A DNA stretch of 64,000 bases from Saprolegnia diclina VS20 (taxonomy: Eukaryota). The DNA is taken from the NCBI RefSeq assembly GCF_000281045.1, contig NW_008246120.1, forward strand, positions 175,835-239,834, read 5' to 3'. A program made the translations under genes and the position numbers. Shown here piece by piece: positions 60,844-64,000 of the stretch. How positions within the stretch are numbered: the first letter of the stretch is position 1; each line of letters begins with the position of its first letter. Below the pieces are notes generated by a model that was given only the letters and a program-made list of their open reading frames with translations, was not told the origin of the DNA and made no database searches.

Positions 60844-63800
60844 CTACTCGGCCAACGACGCCTCGCCCGGTCGAAACACGATCGACTGCGAGAGACGGCG
60901 CATGAGACTACTTTCGCTGAGCTGTACGATCGAGCTGCACCGATTCGCCGTCATAAACTTGCACTTGAACACGCCTTCTTTCGGAATGTCGTTGTCGCTG
61001 AGCCAGACCGCATGGAGGTTCTCGACGTCGGCGCCGTTGAACGTCACGTCGTGAAGCGACCCTTCTTGGGCGCGCGAGAGCTGCAGCAGCAAGGTGGCCA
61101 CATAGCGCTGGTCGTGCTCGTCGAGACTCAGATCGTACTTGCCGCCGGGCGAGAGCGGGTTGAAGACCTAGGCGCCCCATCAACAAGGATCGAGCGATCG
61201 TCGTACTTGGACAATGCCGACGCGATCCAGGAGCTTCTTGCGGGCCTTGGCGTCGAGGATGCTGAGCGCGTCCGAAAAGTTGGCTTCGTCGACGATGCGG
61301 TTGAGTAAAATCACAAACACTTCGAGGCGGACGAGCGCATTGTCGATCTTTTCGTACGGCGAAAAGTACTCCATGAGGCGCTGCGCGTGGCGCGCCGTGA
61401 AGAAATACCTATCAACATGTTGTCGCGTTGAAACATTGACACTTTGAAACATAGGTACAAGTTGGAAATCGCGCGGAGGCCCACGAGCTTCATGTCGGGA
61501 ATGGCTTTAAACTCTTTGAAAAATTGCTCGAACGCCGCGTCCGACAGCGGGATGGCGCCCGCGGGCGGTCGACGGGTCGCGACAAAGTCAAATTCGAGCA
61601 CGCCGAGGCGCGGCAGGGACCACGACGCGTCGAGTGAAATCGGCTTGTGGTTGTACCTACAATAGCACCTCTTTCTATCAATCTATCAACACGTCGAAGG
61701 CACGAGACCGCGCGTTGCGAAACCCATTGTTGTTGCCGTGCTGCGAGACGTCTGGGAGCTTGTTGACGGCGCGGAACCGACGGTCGGCGACGTTGGCTTC
61801 GATGAGCTTGAGCATGATCCGGCGGTCGACAAAGTTGGACATGTTGAGCCGGTAGAACCCCGTCGGGTTGGTCGGGTTGAAGGCGATCCACTTGCCGAGC
61901 TTTTGCTCGACATAGCCTTGCTCGATCTACAACCAAAGACAAAATATGAGAAAGCGAGCACGACGGCATCGAGACCTGGTCGAGGCCTTGGAGACCGACG
62001 AGGACGGTGATGTCGCCGCACACATCGATCTTGCCGTCATTGTCCTTGTCTTCAAAGAAGACACCGTTGACGGGACCCGGACTCCCGAGGTACGCGTCGC
62101 GGTCGATGCTATGGTGGTGCGAGTTGGAGATTTGAGGGATGAGCGCCGCGGCCGCCGACGCCTTCTCGGCCTGGCACGTCGGCGAGCTAAAGAGCGCGAG
62201 GAGCGTGCTCGCTTGGTTGACCGTCACGCAAAAGCCGTCGGCGAGGATCTTGATCATCGTCATCTTCTTGTGGTCGTCCAAGTCGAACGAATGGCCGATG
62301 AGGTCCTTGATTTTGCAAAACTCGGTGTCCCGCAAGTGCAAGTCGGGGCTTGCTTCTTCGTCCTTGGTCACATGCAAGGCGAGGATGCCAGAGAACGGGA
62401 TTTGGCCGCGCTCGACTTTGGTCGTTGCGAGGTGCGGCGGGAGCACACTGGTGCCCTTCGCCAACGCAAAGGGCTGGCCGTTGAGCGACACGTTTGAAAA
62501 TGCAATGCGGTTGGCAGCGTGCATGCTCAGAAGCTCCTTGAGCACGACGTGGTCGCTTCGGTCGGCCAAGTCGAGCTTGTACGGGCCGGTGCAGTACGTC
62601 GGGCTGTACAAATACTCTTGAATCTCAATGTTGCAATTAGAGAGGTCCCAGATGCACTGCATGCTCGCGGTCGCCATCGCATGCAAAATCGCTTCGACGG
62701 CGGCGGTGCCGATCGGGTTGCTGCTTGCGTCCAGGTGCGCGATCGACGCGTTCGACTTGCACATGTCGACAAACACAAAGATGGCGCGGCCTTTGATGTG
62801 GTTGTTGCTTACGTTCAAGTTCGTGAGCGTCGAGTTCAGAACGAGGCTCGTCGCGAGCTCAATGTCGGCGCCACCGCTGTTGCCGAGCGAGTTGTCTGAG
62901 AGCACGAGGTCGAGAAGCGTGTCGTTCTCAGCCATCGCCGTTGCCAAGTGACACGCTGGGTCGCCTCGGATTTGATTCCATGACAAATCCAAGTGCGTCA
63001 ACGCGGTTTTGACCCGGAGAAGGTCGCCGAGGAGCTTGGCCGAGTGAAAGACCTTGTTGTGGCTCAACACGAGGGACGTGAGCGTGCAGCGTTTCAAGAG
63101 GGCCTTGACGAGCGCCGTCACGGACTGATCGCCGAGTTGGTTGTTGCTCAGATCGAGCACTTGGAGGTTCAGCGATGTGTCGTCGAGCACCGTATTGAGC
63201 TTCATGTACCCTTTCGCGCCAATGTGATTGTGGGCAAAGTTGAGACGTAGCAAGTCTTCCTTCTTGACGCCGGTGACGATGGCCGCCGAGCCCTGGCCAG
63301 AGATCCCTGCATGCGTCATCGCGATGCTTGAAATGCGAACTGGAAGCAGCTCGAGCGCATCGCCGAGGGCCTCGGCGCGCCTGTCGCCCAGAAAGTAGTT
63401 GACGTACGACAGTCCGCCGTCAGCGCTGTAGTGGGGTTGGGGCGCCTTGTGCAAGCGCAAGTCCAGGAGAGGCAACGGCAAAAGCGCTTCGTCTTCGCAA
63501 TGCCGAAGATACCGTCCGCGGGACGAGTCGGGGCGCTGCACACGGCGCGCGCCGTCTTGGTAAATGCGCCAGAAACGGTCGTTGACGTCGTCGCAGAGGT
63601 AGTCGGCGTCGGTGGGCGGATCGATTTTGGGCTCGTCGAGGAGCGTCTCGTCGAGCAGCGGCGACATGATCGCGGACTTAACGGGCACGAGCTCCACGGC
63701 GTCGTCCGGTATGATGCGGTCCAAGCACGAGCTCGACTTGGGTGGCGACAGGATCACATTGGAGAGCGGGGCCAGCGTACTGTTGGCGATCGCCTTGCCG

Positions 63801-64000
63801 CTCTTGCCGCCGCCGCCGCCCACGTTGTACATCGAGAGACGCCGGCTCACGCGCGGGACCTTGGCTTTGAGCGGTCGCTGGTTGGCTGCGCGGCGTGGCA
63901 GCGGCGGCGACGTCGGCGCGATCGCCGGCATGCGCTGGGACGCGGTCGAGGTGCGCCTGTCACCGTCGTCCTTGCGCGCGGGCGCCTCCGCCTTGTCCGC
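60844..64000 (-). CDS. RNI-like leucine-rich-repeat protein with repeated C-terminal modules; 5' end beyond the window
   Basis: LDLSNNQLGD, LDLSWNQIRG, LVLSDNSLG; repeated (N)PTG.Y.L[DN]L motifs; frame stays open to the window edge. Confidence 0.8.

Overview
Gene-dense, GC-rich eukaryotic DNA with many short (~45-60 nt) GT-AG introns, often with GTACGT donors. Gene content (CCT-domain protein, FYVE-kinase, flagellar/centriolar proteins, a sterol C4-demethylation enzyme, CCAAT-rich promoters) suggests an oomycete, probably a sterol-prototrophic Saprolegniales water mould (inference, not a database result). About 33 protein-coding genes can be read by eye, mostly housekeeping. The most notable locus is an intronless ~998-aa gene (49476-52472, minus). 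It joins a tryptophan 2,3-dioxygenase (TDO)-like heme domain, probably preceded by a second degenerate TDO-like segment, to a bacterial-type kynureninase-like PLP domain. TDO substrate-binding motifs are altered, and the ~1.4 kb upstream region holds five copies of ATATTGTCA. Other unusual items: an NSDHL/ERG26-cytochrome b5 fusion head-to-head with a bacterial-like SnoaL gene, an Arb2/FAM172-FYVE-AGC kinase, a TAF4 with two TAZ fingers, a degenerate type II dehydroquinase-like protein, an F-box-like/macro domain protein, and a frameshifted CENP-B/pogo-type multi-HTH gene. All family assignments come from motif recognition by eye, and exon boundaries are manual and approximate.
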